From contig JAZUQR010000010.1 of NCBI GenBank assembly GCA_045605805.1, positions 64,001 to 128,000 of the forward strand: a stretch of 64,000 nucleotides of DNA, given 5' to 3'. The notes beneath the pieces are model-generated. The model did not search any database and was not told the DNA's origin. It saw nothing but the letters and a program-made list of their open reading frames with translations. The position numbers were made by a program, and so were the translations under genes. The stretch is from Alphaproteobacteria bacterium. GTDB taxonomy: Bacteria > Pseudomonadota > Alphaproteobacteria > CAAHEQ01 > UBA3637. Shown here piece after piece: positions 49,004-62,529 of this stretch. The stretch's first letter is position 1. Every line of letters starts with the position of its first letter.

Positions 49004-50232
49004 TCTTTTAAGCCGATTTTGTTTTTATGTATCATATACAATGCCGGCAGCATTATGACCCCTGTGAAGGCAAAAAACACTGTCCATCCCATTTGTTCGG
49101 CCAACCATCCGCTGGTGCCGGCAATGAAGGATAACGGTATCATATTCAAGGCACTTAAAAACGCATATTGTGTGCCGGAAAAACGACGGTTGCAAAAAGA
49201 AGATAAGTACACAACCCACACTGCACCCCCCATACCTGCCAAGATATTATCAAACAAAATCACCATGAAAAAAGCCGCCACATTTGGCCCTAATTCGGCC
49301 AATAAGGCAAAGGCAAAGGAAGTTAAAATCTCTAATCCTCCTAACCAGAATAACAACGGTTTGAACTTAAACTTCAACATCAACAGGCCACCAACAAATA
49401 CACCGGCCATTGTGATAAACACACCAAATGTGCCGGAAACCAGCGATATTTCTTTGGCGGTGAAACCGATTTGATTATAAAACGGATAGGCCATTGGCCC
49501 CAACATACAATTGCACAACCGATACAAGATGATGAACAGGCATAGTGTGCCAAAATGAGATCGTTTTATGATATCTTTTAACGGTTCTATAATGGCTTTT
49601 TGAAAAGATATGCCTTGTGGTATCAATGCTTTTTCCTTAATGCACAACATTGAGATAAAGCCCACCACAATCAAGGCGATAGACACTTTATAGGCTGTTT
49701 CCCATGCCACATAATCCGACAGACAAATCATGCCTGCCACGGCTGCCAGCTGCCCCAAACGAGCCCCCACTTGATAAAGAGCTGTCCCTTCTTTTAACTC
49801 GTCTCCCGACAGTGTATCTATACGCAAGGCATCAATGGCAATATCTTGGGTAGCCGAAGCAAAAGCGATGCCTATACACAGTGCAAAAATCCATGTTATT
49901 TGGGTGGCTGGATTCGCCTCGGACAAGAACAACAAAAACAAAATGACAAACAGTTGGGCAAGTAATCCCCATGTTTTTTTTCGCCCTATTTTATCCGCCA
50001 AGGGCAAGTTGGTTTGGTCAACGAATGGGGCCCACAAAAACTTTAAGCTGTATGGAATCAACACCAAGCTGAATATGCCAATTTGGCTTAAATCAACCCC
50101 TTGTGTGGAAAACCAATACTTTAATGTTCCTCCAACTAAATTGACAGGCGCTTGCGAGGCAAGACCTAATCCCAAAAACGGCCATACATGCGCATTGGCC
50201 AACACTTTTATCAACTTATTTATAAAACGCAT
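49000..50232 (-). CDS. ampG: Muropeptide MFS permease
   Basis: PYSLKFLWAPFVD, GR...W, SATQDIAIDA.RI, TQYA.LSAL. Confidence 0.87.
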   Translation of the reverse strand: MRFINKLIKVLANAHVWPFLGLGLASQAPVNLVGGTLKYWFSTQGVDLSQIGIFSLVLIPYSLKFLWAPFVDQTNLPLADKIGRKKTWGLLAQLFVILFLLFLSEANPATQITWIFALCIGIAFASATQDIAIDALRIDTLSGDELKEGTALYQVGARLGQLAAVAGMICLSDYVAWETAYKVSIALIVVGFISMLCIKEKALIPQGISFQKAIIEPLKDIIKRSHFGTLCLFIILYRLCNCMLGPMAYPFYNQIGFTAKEISLVSGTFGVFITMAGVFVGGLLMLKFKFKPLLFWLGGLEILTSFAFALLAELGPNVAAFFMVILFDNILAGMGGAVWVVYLSSFCNRRFSGTQYAFLSALNMIPLSFIAGTSGWLAEQMGWTVFFAFTGVIMLPALYMIHKNKIGLKD

Positions 50233-50298
50233 TTTTACTCCATTTGAAAATAAATATGTCTTTTACTTTATATCCTATTTTGAAATGGATGTCTATTA

Positions 50299-52074
50299 TT
50301 ATTCCTCAAATAATGCCTTATATTTTTTAAGGCGTTTATAAGTTTTGGAGTTTTCGTTGGCCATCAACTTTTTCGGACTTCCATCTTCCACAATCTGCCC
50401 ATTCTCTAACAAAAGGATACGGTTAGCACTGGCAATTTCCGCCGGCACATTGCTGGCAAAGATAACGGTCGGTTTATGCCCTTTCACTTTGGACAGGTTT
50501 TTAATCCCCTCCAACACTTTTGTTTGGGCGTGTGTATCCAAGTTGGCAGTTGGTTCATCCATAATGATAAGCGGTGTATGGCGCAAAAGCGCTCTTGCCA
50601 AAGAGAGCCGTTGTTTTTGTCCGGCAGACAAAGAAGTGACTTTGCTGTCAATTTTCTTTTCTTTTTTCATAATTTCATCCAACAGATTGGCCAATTGCAA
50701 CACTTGATAGAGTTCTGCCTCCGTTGCCTTCGGATTAAACATCAGCAAGTTTTCTTTGATGGTCTTTTGACTCCAAAAGGTGGGGTGTTGGTCAATGTAG
50801 GTCAGATTATCTCGCAAAGATTCCCTTGAAATCGACTGCACATTTTTACCATTATACAGCACTTTTCCTGATTGGATTTCATAGGCGTGTTGCATCACAT
50901 TGATCAGCGTGGATTTGCCCATCCCTGAGTTCCCGATAATGGCCACCCGTGAACCTGCTTTGATTTTCAAGGAAAGATTATTCAAAACAGGCTCTTTTTC
51001 CTCAGGATAAGTAAAACACACCTTTTCCAAAGCAATCTCTTTAATTGTGGACAGTTTCCCCTTTCCTGATTTAGGCATTAAGGAGGTATCGTAATTCGTT
51101 TGTTTGTCTAGATTGAGATAATCCATGCAGTAAAAATGAAGCCATTTTAAGACTGAAGCAACTTTTGTAATATAATGTAATGTATCAAACCCAAGTCCTG
51201 TCAACAGGACATAAGTGCCAATGTTTTTTTGTTGAAGTGCCAAGTGGATGCCTATAAAAACGATTATTAAATAACCAATGATATTGACAAAAGCTGGAAC
51301 AAGTGACAGCAAAACCTCTTTTGTCCTGTACTTTTGATTTAGATCATGGAAAATATTATATTTTTTTTGTAGCTCATCTAGAACTTTAAATTCTATTCCA
51401 AGCGCACGAACATTTCCTGCATTTTCCAGCGTATCCTCACGAATGGCAGCAATCTCTGTTTCCATCCTTGAAATGTTTTCAATATTTCTGGTTTGTTTTT
51501 TATTAATCCAAATGTTTAAAAAGCAATAACATAATGATAATGCTAGGATTGAGAAAGACCACAAGTGAATAAAGCCAATTAAAAAAATGATTGAAGCAAT
51601 TAAACGGAATAACGGATAGAAAAGTCGTGTAATATTATAGACCATATTTTCTCCATAACTGCCAATACGTGGAATCAGACTCACAGCCTTTTGTCGAAAA
51701 TCAGATAAAAATAGTAAAGGAGGAAGCTTCAAAAAGGATTTTGTTTTTTCTTGGCAGAAGAGAGTATTATACCTTCGAAAAACGATTTCCTGAAATGCAG
51801 TTGCAATATCATCAAACCAGCGTGAAAATTGCTTGATAAAAATATAAAAAAAGGTCCATGCAACCAAGATACCTGTGATCACATTTGAAGAAAGAGAATC
51901 TTGCAAGGTGTTCAATACTTGTGCAGACAAAACAGGTGCAAGAGCTCCAAGTGTAGCAGCAATTCCAAAAAAGACAACAACACCTAAAAGAGCTCTTTTA
52001 TCCTTTTTCGGGGCGGATAAACAAATCCCCAACACTTCCTTGATAAATTGAAAATTAGATGTTTTTTCTTGCAT
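50299..52074 (-). CDS. ABC exporter, fused permease/ATPase
   Basis: TM domain; GNSGMGKST, LSAGQKQR, IIMDEPTANLD. Confidence 0.88.
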   Translation of the reverse strand: MQEKTSNFQFIKEVLGICLSAPKKDKRALLGVVVFFGIAATLGALAPVLSAQVLNTLQDSLSSNVITGILVAWTFFYIFIKQFSRWFDDIATAFQEIVFRRYNTLFCQEKTKSFLKLPPLLFLSDFRQKAVSLIPRIGSYGENMVYNITRLFYPLFRLIASIIFLIGFIHLWSFSILALSLCYCFLNIWINKKQTRNIENISRMETEIAAIREDTLENAGNVRALGIEFKVLDELQKKYNIFHDLNQKYRTKEVLLSLVPAFVNIIGYLIIVFIGIHLALQQKNIGTYVLLTGLGFDTLHYITKVASVLKWLHFYCMDYLNLDKQTNYDTSLMPKSGKGKLSTIKEIALEKVCFTYPEEKEPVLNNLSLKIKAGSRVAIIGNSGMGKSTLINVMQHAYEIQSGKVLYNGKNVQSISRESLRDNLTYIDQHPTFWSQKTIKENLLMFNPKATEAELYQVLQLANLLDEIMKKEKKIDSKVTSLSAGQKQRLSLARALLRHTPLIIMDEPTANLDTHAQTKVLEGIKNLSKVKGHKPTVIFASNVPAEIASANRILLLENGQIVEDGSPKKLMANENSKTYKRLKKYKALFEE

Positions 52075-52086
52075 ATTTACTCCATT

Positions 52087-52290
52087 TTATTTTTTGGATT
52101 TTTTTGTGCCTGTTTCTGTGACATGTGAAATGCCTGTGCCTGGGATGGACACCGTTTTGCGAGTTCGGCCATTCGCCATTTTTGTGACCCGATAGCCGGG
52201 GATGCCAAAGCTGAACCCTATGCCTGACTTGCTGAAATTGATTCTGAACAATCCCAAAATGTCTATTGACTTACGAAAGCGAAAACCCAT
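52087..52290 (-). CDS. DUF4236 domain small protein
   Basis: MGFRFRKSI....RINFSKSG...S.G, IPGTGIS. Confidence 0.8.
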   Translation of the reverse strand: MGFRFRKSIDILGLFRINFSKSGIGFSFGIPGYRVTKMANGRTRKTVSIPGTGISHVTETGTKKSKK

Positions 52291-52312
52291 TTTTCCCCCT
52301 TTTTTGTTTTGA

Positions 52313-54130
52313 TTACAACCTTCCCCGTTCAAACTTACGGCGATCGTTTAAGTCCAGATATTTTTTACGCAAGCGAATGTGTTTTGGGGTGACTTCCACC
52401 AATTCATCGTCCGCAATATAGGCTAATGCTGCCTCTAACGACAGGCGGGTGGGTGACACCAATGCCACAGCTTCGTCTTTACCGGCCGCACGCATATTTG
52501 TAAGCTTTTTGCCTTTAATCGGATTCACATCAATATCACCCGATTTGGCATTCGCCCCGATAATCATCCCTTCATATACATCCACACCGGCATCAATGAA
52601 CAACGGCCCTCGTTCTTGAATGTACCACAAGGCATAGGCAACAGATTTCCCTGCTTCTGTGGACACTAAAACGCCATTTCTGCGGGCTTGGATTTCGCCT
52701 TTATAGGGTTGATAGCTGTCAAACAAGCGATTCATCACACCTGTGCCACAGGTATCGGTTAAAAACTCGCTGTGATAGCCGATCAGCCCACGAGATGGTG
52801 CCAAAAATACCATCCGAACTTTCCCACCGCCTGAGGGTGACATACTTGTCATTTCGGCCTTACGCTGGCTCATTTTTTCAACCACTACGCCCGAATAATT
52901 TTCGTCCACATCCACCACAACTTCTTCAACCGGTTCCAATTTTTGTCCGTCTTTTTCTTGGAATACCACACGAGGACGGGACACAGAAAGTTCATACCCT
53001 TCCCGCCGCATTGTTTCAATTAAAATGCCTAATTGTAATTCGCCACGACCAGCCACTTCAAACGCATCCGTTGTGTCGGTTCTGGATATTTTTAAGGCCA
53101 CATTTCCTTCGGCTTCTTTTTCCAATCTGTCCCAAATCATCCGAGAGGTCACTTTATCACCATCTTTGCCTGCCAATGGACTTGTGTTGATGGAAAATGT
53201 CATCGCCAAGGTGGGCGGGTCAATGGGTTGCGCTTGAATTGCTTCGGTCACTTCGCTGGCACACAAGGTATCGGCCACAGTGGCTTTTTGAAAACCGGCA
53301 ATGCTTACAATATCCCCAGCAACGCCTTCTTCAATGGCTTGATGCTTCAAACCACGAAAGGCCAAAATCTTACTGACACGAGCCGTTTCAACTGTTTGTC
53401 CATCACGAGATAGGGCTTTAATCATTTCATTTGTTTTAATTTTGCCGGATGTGATGCGTCCTGTTAAAACACGCCCCACAAACGGATCCATATGCAAGGT
53501 TGTCACCAACATTTTGAACGGGCCATCAGCTTCGCTTGTTGGGGCCGGCACATGTTCAATGATTTTTTTGAACAGGGGTTCAATGTCTATATGTTCATCA
53601 TTTAAGTTTTCAACTGCCCAACCATCACGCCCTGAGGCAAACAGCACAGGATAATCCAACTGTTCATCTGTTGCGCCCAGATTTGCGAACAGGTCAAACA
53701 CCTCGTTATTCACTTCCACAGGGCGGGCATCGGCACGGTCCACTTTATTGATAACAACAATTGGGCGCAGGCCTAACTTTAACGCTTTGCCCACCACAAA
53801 CTTGGTTTGAGGCAGTGGGCCTTCGGCCGAGTCAACCAGCACAATGACGCCATCCACCATAGACAAGATGCGTTCCACTTCGCCCCCAAAGTCTGCGTGC
53901 CCTGGGGTATCAACGATATTGATGCGATAGCCATGCCATTCCACAGAGGTGCATTTGGCCAAAATAGTGATGCCCCGTTCCCGTTCTAACTCACCCGAAT
54001 CCATCGCACAGGTGGCGACTTGTTGATTTTCACGAAAAGCACCGGATTGACGCAAAAAAGCGTCCACAAAAGTTGTTTTGCCATGGTCCACATGGGCAAT
54101 AATGGCAATGTTGCGCATATTATGACTCAT
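52313..54130 (-). CDS. typA: Translational GTPase TypA/BipA
   Basis: [38 protein letters not shown]. Confidence 0.96.
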   Translation of the reverse strand: MSHNMRNIAIIAHVDHGKTTFVDAFLRQSGAFRENQQVATCAMDSGELERERGITILAKCTSVEWHGYRINIVDTPGHADFGGEVERILSMVDGVIVLVDSAEGPLPQTKFVVGKALKLGLRPIVVINKVDRADARPVEVNNEVFDLFANLGATDEQLDYPVLFASGRDGWAVENLNDEHIDIEPLFKKIIEHVPAPTSEADGPFKMLVTTLHMDPFVGRVLTGRITSGKIKTNEMIKALSRDGQTVETARVSKILAFRGLKHQAIEEGVAGDIVSIAGFQKATVADTLCASEVTEAIQAQPIDPPTLAMTFSINTSPLAGKDGDKVTSRMIWDRLEKEAEGNVALKISRTDTTDAFEVAGRGELQLGILIETMRREGYELSVSRPRVVFQEKDGQKLEPVEEVVVDVDENYSGVVVEKMSQRKAEMTSMSPSGGGKVRMVFLAPSRGLIGYHSEFLTDTCGTGVMNRLFDSYQPYKGEIQARRNGVLVSTEAGKSVAYALWYIQERGPLFIDAGVDVYEGMIIGANAKSGDIDVNPIKGKKLTNMRAAGKDEAVALVSPTRLSLEAALAYIADDELVEVTPKHIRLRKKYLDLNDRRKFERGRL

Positions 54131-54235
54131 CTTTAATTATTTCCCTTCCAAAAATATGCGCCTATTATAGCATAAAATCGCATAAATGTAAAGGCAGAAA
54201 AAAATCCCCAAAGATTGCTTTCTAAGGATTGTTTC

Positions 54236-54628
54236 TTATTTTTTATTTTTCGCAGATCGGTCGTTCAAGATGATGATCAATAAGCCTGCTATATATATGA
54301 ATTCATATACCAAACCCAACGGCACAAATATCAACAGCAGATGTAGGAATGAGGTTATTGGCCACATGATATAAATTGCCGTGCACAGGCTGAGCCACCA
54401 AGCAATTTGTTTTAGCTTTTTTGTGTTTTTCACAACAGACTCTGTATCACTTTTGCCCAATTTACCAATCCAACAAGGCAGTGTTCCCACAGCGAACAAT
54501 AATGAAAAGCAACCAAGAAAAATAAGCACAGAACAGCCCGTTCTAGACCCAATCGCAGCCATAAATGTTGCAATCAATCCTGACACACATCCCACAAAGA
54601 TTGTCCACAGCAGTTTTATGATTTTCAT
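54236..54628 (-). CDS. Hypothetical 4-TM membrane protein
   Basis: Hydrophobic segments; starts directly after the gyrB stop codon. Confidence 0.6.
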   Translation of the reverse strand: MKIIKLLWTIFVGCVSGLIATFMAAIGSRTGCSVLIFLGCFSLLFAVGTLPCWIGKLGKSDTESVVKNTKKLKQIAWWLSLCTAIYIMWPITSFLHLLLIFVPLGLVYEFIYIAGLLIIILNDRSAKNKK

Positions 54629-58193
<3,565 letters not shown>

Positions 58194-58194
58194 T

Positions 58195-59307
58195 TTACAC
58201 CCGCATTGGCATCAAAACAAATAAAGAAGATGTATCGGCCGCATCTTGCAAAATCACCGGTGACACACCGTCTTGAAGTGTGATTTTTACATTTTGTCCT
58301 TTGATTTGCGCCAAAATATCCAACAGATAACGATAATTGAAACCAATATCCAATTCTTCGTTCATATAGGTGGCATCCAATTCATCTTCCGCAGAACCTT
58401 CATCCACCGCTGTGGCAGACACTTGAAGCAGGTTTTCACGCAAAGATAATTTGATACCTTTGGATTTTTCGCACACAACGGACACCCGTTCAATAACATC
58501 GGCCAACACTTTGGCATCGGCTTCTAATGTTTTATCATTTCCGGTTGGAATTACTTTTTGATAATCCGGATATGTGCCATCCACCAAACGGGAAGACAAT
58601 TCAATTTCGTTCATTTTGAAACGGATTTGATTGGCCGACAAAGCAATGTGCAGATTTTCCACATTATCCCCTGCCAATTTTGCCACTTCGCCAATTGTTT
58701 TTCTGGGTACAATCACACCAGGGATATCTTTTGCCCCTTCCGGCAGTGTTGTTTTAGAACAGGCCAAACGATGACCGTCTGTGGCCACAGCAACCAACAT
58801 GCCTTCTTTTTCATGCAAATAAATACCGTTCAAATTGTAGCGTGTTTCTTCCAAAGAAACGGCAAAACTTGTTTGGTTGATAAGAGTCAAAAGCTGTTCG
58901 GCCGGCAAATCAAACACAAATGGTGTTTCTTCCTTGGCCATGGAGGGGAATCCTTCCGGCGGAATGCTTGCCAACGCAAACTTAGAACGCCCAGAGGTGA
59001 GATTTACTTGATTTGTTTCTTCCGAAAAAGCCAAACAGACTTGCGCCCCAGACGGCAAGCGACGGACAATATCATACAACTTATGTGCCGGCACCGTGAT
59101 TGCCCCTTCTTCTTCCACTTGGGCCGAGATTTTTTCCGAAATCTCCAATTCATTATCGGTGGCTTTTAACAAAACGCCTTCTGCGGTTGTTTCAATCAAC
59201 ACATTGGCCAAAATGGGAATTGTTTGACGGCGTTCCACAATGCTTTGTGCGTGTGCTAATGCTTTCAATAAAGCGTCTTGTTCCACTGTAATTTTCATCA
59301 TTTTCAT
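58195..59307 (-). CDS. dnaN: DNA polymerase III beta clamp
   Basis: VERRQTIPILAN, ETRY.LNG, ATDGHRL, G.YPDY, VLMPMRV. Confidence 0.96.
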   Translation of the reverse strand: MKMMKITVEQDALLKALAHAQSIVERRQTIPILANVLIETTAEGVLLKATDNELEISEKISAQVEEEGAITVPAHKLYDIVRRLPSGAQVCLAFSEETNQVNLTSGRSKFALASIPPEGFPSMAKEETPFVFDLPAEQLLTLINQTSFAVSLEETRYNLNGIYLHEKEGMLVAVATDGHRLACSKTTLPEGAKDIPGVIVPRKTIGEVAKLAGDNVENLHIALSANQIRFKMNEIELSSRLVDGTYPDYQKVIPTGNDKTLEADAKVLADVIERVSVVCEKSKGIKLSLRENLLQVSATAVDEGSAEDELDATYMNEELDIGFNYRYLLDILAQIKGQNVKITLQDGVSPVILQDAADTSSLFVLMPMRV

Positions 59308-59447
59308 TATCCTTTCTTTTAACTTTGTTTTTCTGAGATTATTGTACCTTATTTTTTTGAAAAAAACCACCGAAAAAACACTTTTTATATATTTTTCTTT
59401 TTTTATTTTGAAAAATCTGTATAATAGAAAAAAACAAGGGGGATTTT

Positions 59448-61766
59448 ATGACCATTCAAACGCTTAAAGATGATGATTTATATCGGTTCAGTGCGCTGAC
59501 GGCTGCCGATATAAAGAAAATTAAACCAAAGGCCACTATCTTGGGCCAAAATCGGGCTGTATCTGCCCTTAATTTTGGCATCAATATGCCAGCTAATGGT
59601 TATCATGTTTTTTCTGTGGGACCAAAGGGTGTGGGCAGAACTTCTTTAAGTTTGAACATTGTAAAACAGAATGCCTTAAAGTTTGATGCCCCTAATGATT
59701 GGTGCTATGTCACAAACTTTGATGATTATAACCGCCCTCAGCCCCTTTCTTTTCCTGCGGGACAAGGCAAACTTTTTGCCCAAGATATGAACAAAGCGGC
59801 CTTGGAAATTAAACAAAAACTGGCTGTCACTTTTAATGATGAGGCTTATAAAATTGAGTTGGCTCACATTGAACAAGAGTTTGCCGCAGAAAAAGAATCT
59901 TATTTTCAAAAGCTGCACAAAGTTGTGGCCACAGATTATGTCACTTTATCCCGCCTTCCTTCTGGTTTAGTGGTGGCGCCTGTTGTTAAAGGACAAACTT
60001 TGAATCCAGACCAATTTAATGCCTTGCCCTTAAAAACACGCAAGATGATTTTGAATCAAATGAAGGCTGCACAAGAACGATTGGAACAGGCCTTAAAAAA
60101 TACGCCCGAATGGCAATTGTTGCAAGCCCAAAAAGTGATGGCGCTTAAACAGCATCTGATTGCACAGATTTTGAACACTCATTTGAAAAAAATTATTAAA
60201 ACTTATGCGTCTTGCCCTTGTGTATCGGCTTATTTAACGGCTGTTCAAAATTATTTATTGGATAACATTGCTTTTGTTGTGCCGGATAAAACTGTTCCTG
60301 CCGATCAAATACGCCTTTTTTGGTCCAGATTGGCTGTGAATCCTTTTGTTTTGAATGACCCCAAAAAAGGGGCCCCAGTGGTTCATTTAAGTCGGCCTAC
60401 CATTCCTCATTTACTGGGGCGCATTGAACGAGTGCCTGTGGGTGGTTCATTGATGACTGATCATTCCATGATTCATGCGGGAGCTTTACATCAAGCCAAT
60501 GGCGGTATTTTAGTGATAGAGGCACAAGAGTTTTTAGATTCCCCCCAATTATGGCCTTTATTAAAGCGGGCCTTATTTTCGGCTCAGATTAAAATGGATG
60601 CCGGTGATGAAACCAGCATTTTTACCAATATGACATTGGATCCCTTGCCCATTCCATTGTCTATTAAAGTTGTGTTGGTGGGAGATTCTCATTTGTATAC
60701 CGCACTCAGCAGTAAAGACAGTGAGTTTTCTCAATTATTTAAGTTAGAAGCTCAATTTACCGAAAAAACAACACGGACAACCGATTTAGAAAAAGTATAT
60801 ATTGCCTCGTTGATGGATTTTCGTGTGCAACACAAGTTATTGCCTTTTGCACCAACTACATTGAAAATCTTGGTTGAAATGGCAGCCAGAAAGGCTCAGG
60901 ATAAAAACAGTTTAACCATGCATGTTGTCTATATTCACGATTTAATGCGAGAGGCCGATTTTGAAGCCAGAACTTTGGGTGCTAAAACCGTCACGCCTGC
61001 CCATTTGGAACATGCTTTGGTTCAACGCTATTATCGCTTGGGCGCGCCGCAAGAAGAAATGATGAAGGCCATTAAAAGCGGCACGCTTCAAATTCAAACA
61101 GACGGCTTAAAGGTTGGACAATTGAATTCGTTGGTGATTCATCAATATGGTTCGTTTTCGTTTGGACGGCCGTCCCGAGTGACCTGTCAAATTCGCTTGG
61201 GCAGCGGAAAAGTGACCGATATTGAACGAGAAGTTTCTTTGGGCGGTGCTTTACATACCAAAGGCGTTTTGATTTTGGCGGCTTATTTGGCCGGCACCTA
61301 TGGTCGGGATATGCCTTTGCCTGTGGATGCCAGCTTGGTGATGGAACAATCCTATAACGAAATTGATGGGGATTCAGCCAGTGCAGCGGAACTTTATACT
61401 TTATTATCTGCTATTTCTGATGTGCCTTTGAACCAATCTATTGCTGTGACGGGAGCCATCAACCAATTAGGCGAAGTGTTGGCTGTGGGGGCTGTGAATG
61501 AAAAAATTGAAGGCTATTTTGATGTGTGTGTTCAAAAAGGCTTGACAGGACATCAAGGGGTGATTATTCCCAAAGCGGTTGTGCAATCGTTGATGTTGGA
61601 TGAACGGGTCAGAAATGCGGTTGATAACAAACAATTCCATTTGTGGGCGGTGGATACCGTTGATGAAGGGATGCAGATTTTAACCGGATTGACTCCGGCA
61701 CAATTCAAAAAACGTCTTACCAAACGCTTGGCCGAGTTCACCGCAAAAGCCAAAAAAGCAAAATAA
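59448..61766 (+). CDS. Lon-like protease (LonB/LonC-type AAA + S16 domain)
   Basis: GQ.RA, DWCYV.NF, GALHQANGG, EQSY..IDGDSAS, NEKIEG (Ser-Lys dyad). Confidence 0.88.
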   Translation: MTIQTLKDDDLYRFSALTAADIKKIKPKATILGQNRAVSALNFGINMPANGYHVFSVGPKGVGRTSLSLNIVKQNALKFDAPNDWCYVTNFDDYNRPQPLSFPAGQGKLFAQDMNKAALEIKQKLAVTFNDEAYKIELAHIEQEFAAEKESYFQKLHKVVATDYVTLSRLPSGLVVAPVVKGQTLNPDQFNALPLKTRKMILNQMKAAQERLEQALKNTPEWQLLQAQKVMALKQHLIAQILNTHLKKIIKTYASCPCVSAYLTAVQNYLLDNIAFVVPDKTVPADQIRLFWSRLAVNPFVLNDPKKGAPVVHLSRPTIPHLLGRIERVPVGGSLMTDHSMIHAGALHQANGGILVIEAQEFLDSPQLWPLLKRALFSAQIKMDAGDETSIFTNMTLDPLPIPLSIKVVLVGDSHLYTALSSKDSEFSQLFKLEAQFTEKTTRTTDLEKVYIASLMDFRVQHKLLPFAPTTLKILVEMAARKAQDKNSLTMHVVYIHDLMREADFEARTLGAKTVTPAHLEHALVQRYYRLGAPQEEMMKAIKSGTLQIQTDGLKVGQLNSLVIHQYGSFSFGRPSRVTCQIRLGSGKVTDIEREVSLGGALHTKGVLILAAYLAGTYGRDMPLPVDASLVMEQSYNEIDGDSASAAELYTLLSAISDVPLNQSIAVTGAINQLGEVLAVGAVNEKIEGYFDVCVQKGLTGHQGVIIPKAVVQSLMLDERVRNAVDNKQFHLWAVDTVDEGMQILTGLTPAQFKKRLTKRLAEFTAKAKKAK

Positions 61767-61782
61767 GTTTTCATCTTACAAA

Positions 61783-61828
61783 AAAACACCCTGTGCGATG
61801 ACAGGGTGTCTTTGTTTTGTTTTGCTTA
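61783..61828. repeat. Terminator hairpin, copy 1 of a direct repeat
   Basis: AAAACACCCTGTGCGATGACAGGGTGT (61783-61809) identical to 62484-62510. Confidence 0.92.
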
Positions 61829-62230
61829 TTTTTCTGAGGTTTTATCCAGATTCATCATAATATCATTCTCTTTGAATGTCCACATTGCCCCAGTTGCAGG
61901 GTCAACAATTAACGCTCCAATTAATCCACCAAAAATTATATTTCCCCAATACCATCCGTTCATTCGTGTTTCTAAAACTTTTTCTGTTGGTGTATAACCT
62001 TTCTTTTCGGCTTTAATTGTATATGTTTCCCCTGAAAAAAAACCACGTTTTTTATCCAATGACAAAGAAATCGGGGCCTGTCCTGAATAAACAGTTTTGT
62101 TTTTACTATCTGTGATTTTTAATGAGGTTTTAGGCGCATTACTGTTAAAAGATACTGTTTCATATTGAGAATCAACGATTGAACAGCATCCCGACAACAA
62201 TAATAAGCTGAGAATTAAAGATGTTTTCAT
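61826..62230 (-). CDS. Small lipoprotein (PEGA-like)
   Basis: Lipobox LLSG-C; G..P, EKKGY, GNIIFGGLIG.LIVDPATGAMW. Confidence 0.7.
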   Translation of the reverse strand: MKTSLILSLLLLSGCCSIVDSQYETVSFNSNAPKTSLKITDSKNKTVYSGQAPISLSLDKKRGFFSGETYTIKAEKKGYTPTEKVLETRMNGWYWGNIIFGGLIGALIVDPATGAMWTFKENDIMMNLDKTSEK

Positions 62231-62273
62231 TTTCTTCTTCCTTTCTTATAAAAAAAACGCCTTGATGAGAGGC

Positions 62274-62348
62274 GGTTGGAAGTTAGAAAACTATCAACAG
62301 AATAGCGTCACATATTCGGATTAAACCTTATTTTGCAACCTTCCAACC
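62274..62348 (-). ncRNA. c4-antisense-like RNA
   Basis: Minus strand: GGTTGGAAG/CTTCCAACC closing stem, GTTGCA..TGTGAC arm, CTAT-TCTGTTG-ATAG hairpin, unpaired TTTTCTAA. Confidence 0.6.
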
Positions 62349-62381
62349 CTTTAAGGTTGGAGTTTTACATCCTTTCAGATG

Positions 62382-62461
62382 CTGTTGAGAGGTTTTCTAA
62401 GCCTCGGAACAGGAATCGCCTGTTCCAAAATAAGTTTACTCGTTTTCTTCTTAATTGTCAA
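62382..62461 (-). promoter_or_regulatory. Sigma70 promoter plus a1b1-like target of the c4-like RNA
   Basis: TTGACA-17-TAAACT (62461-62433); GAGG-CTTAGAAAA-CCTC-TCAACAG (62405-62382) complementary to the unpaired segments of the RNA. Confidence 0.6.
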
Positions 62462-62483
62462 GATGCCCTTTATTCTATATAAC

Positions 62484-62529
62484 AAAACACCCTGTGCGAT
62501 GACAGGGTGTTTTTGTTTTTTTGCTTTTA
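62484..62529. terminator. rpoC terminator, copy 2 of the direct repeat
   Basis: Same hairpin directly after the rpoC stop codon. Confidence 0.9.

Noticed and set aside
59308-59447. oriC upstream of dnaN
   Set aside because: AT-rich, but no consensus DnaA box seen and no dnaA; explained by divergent promoters
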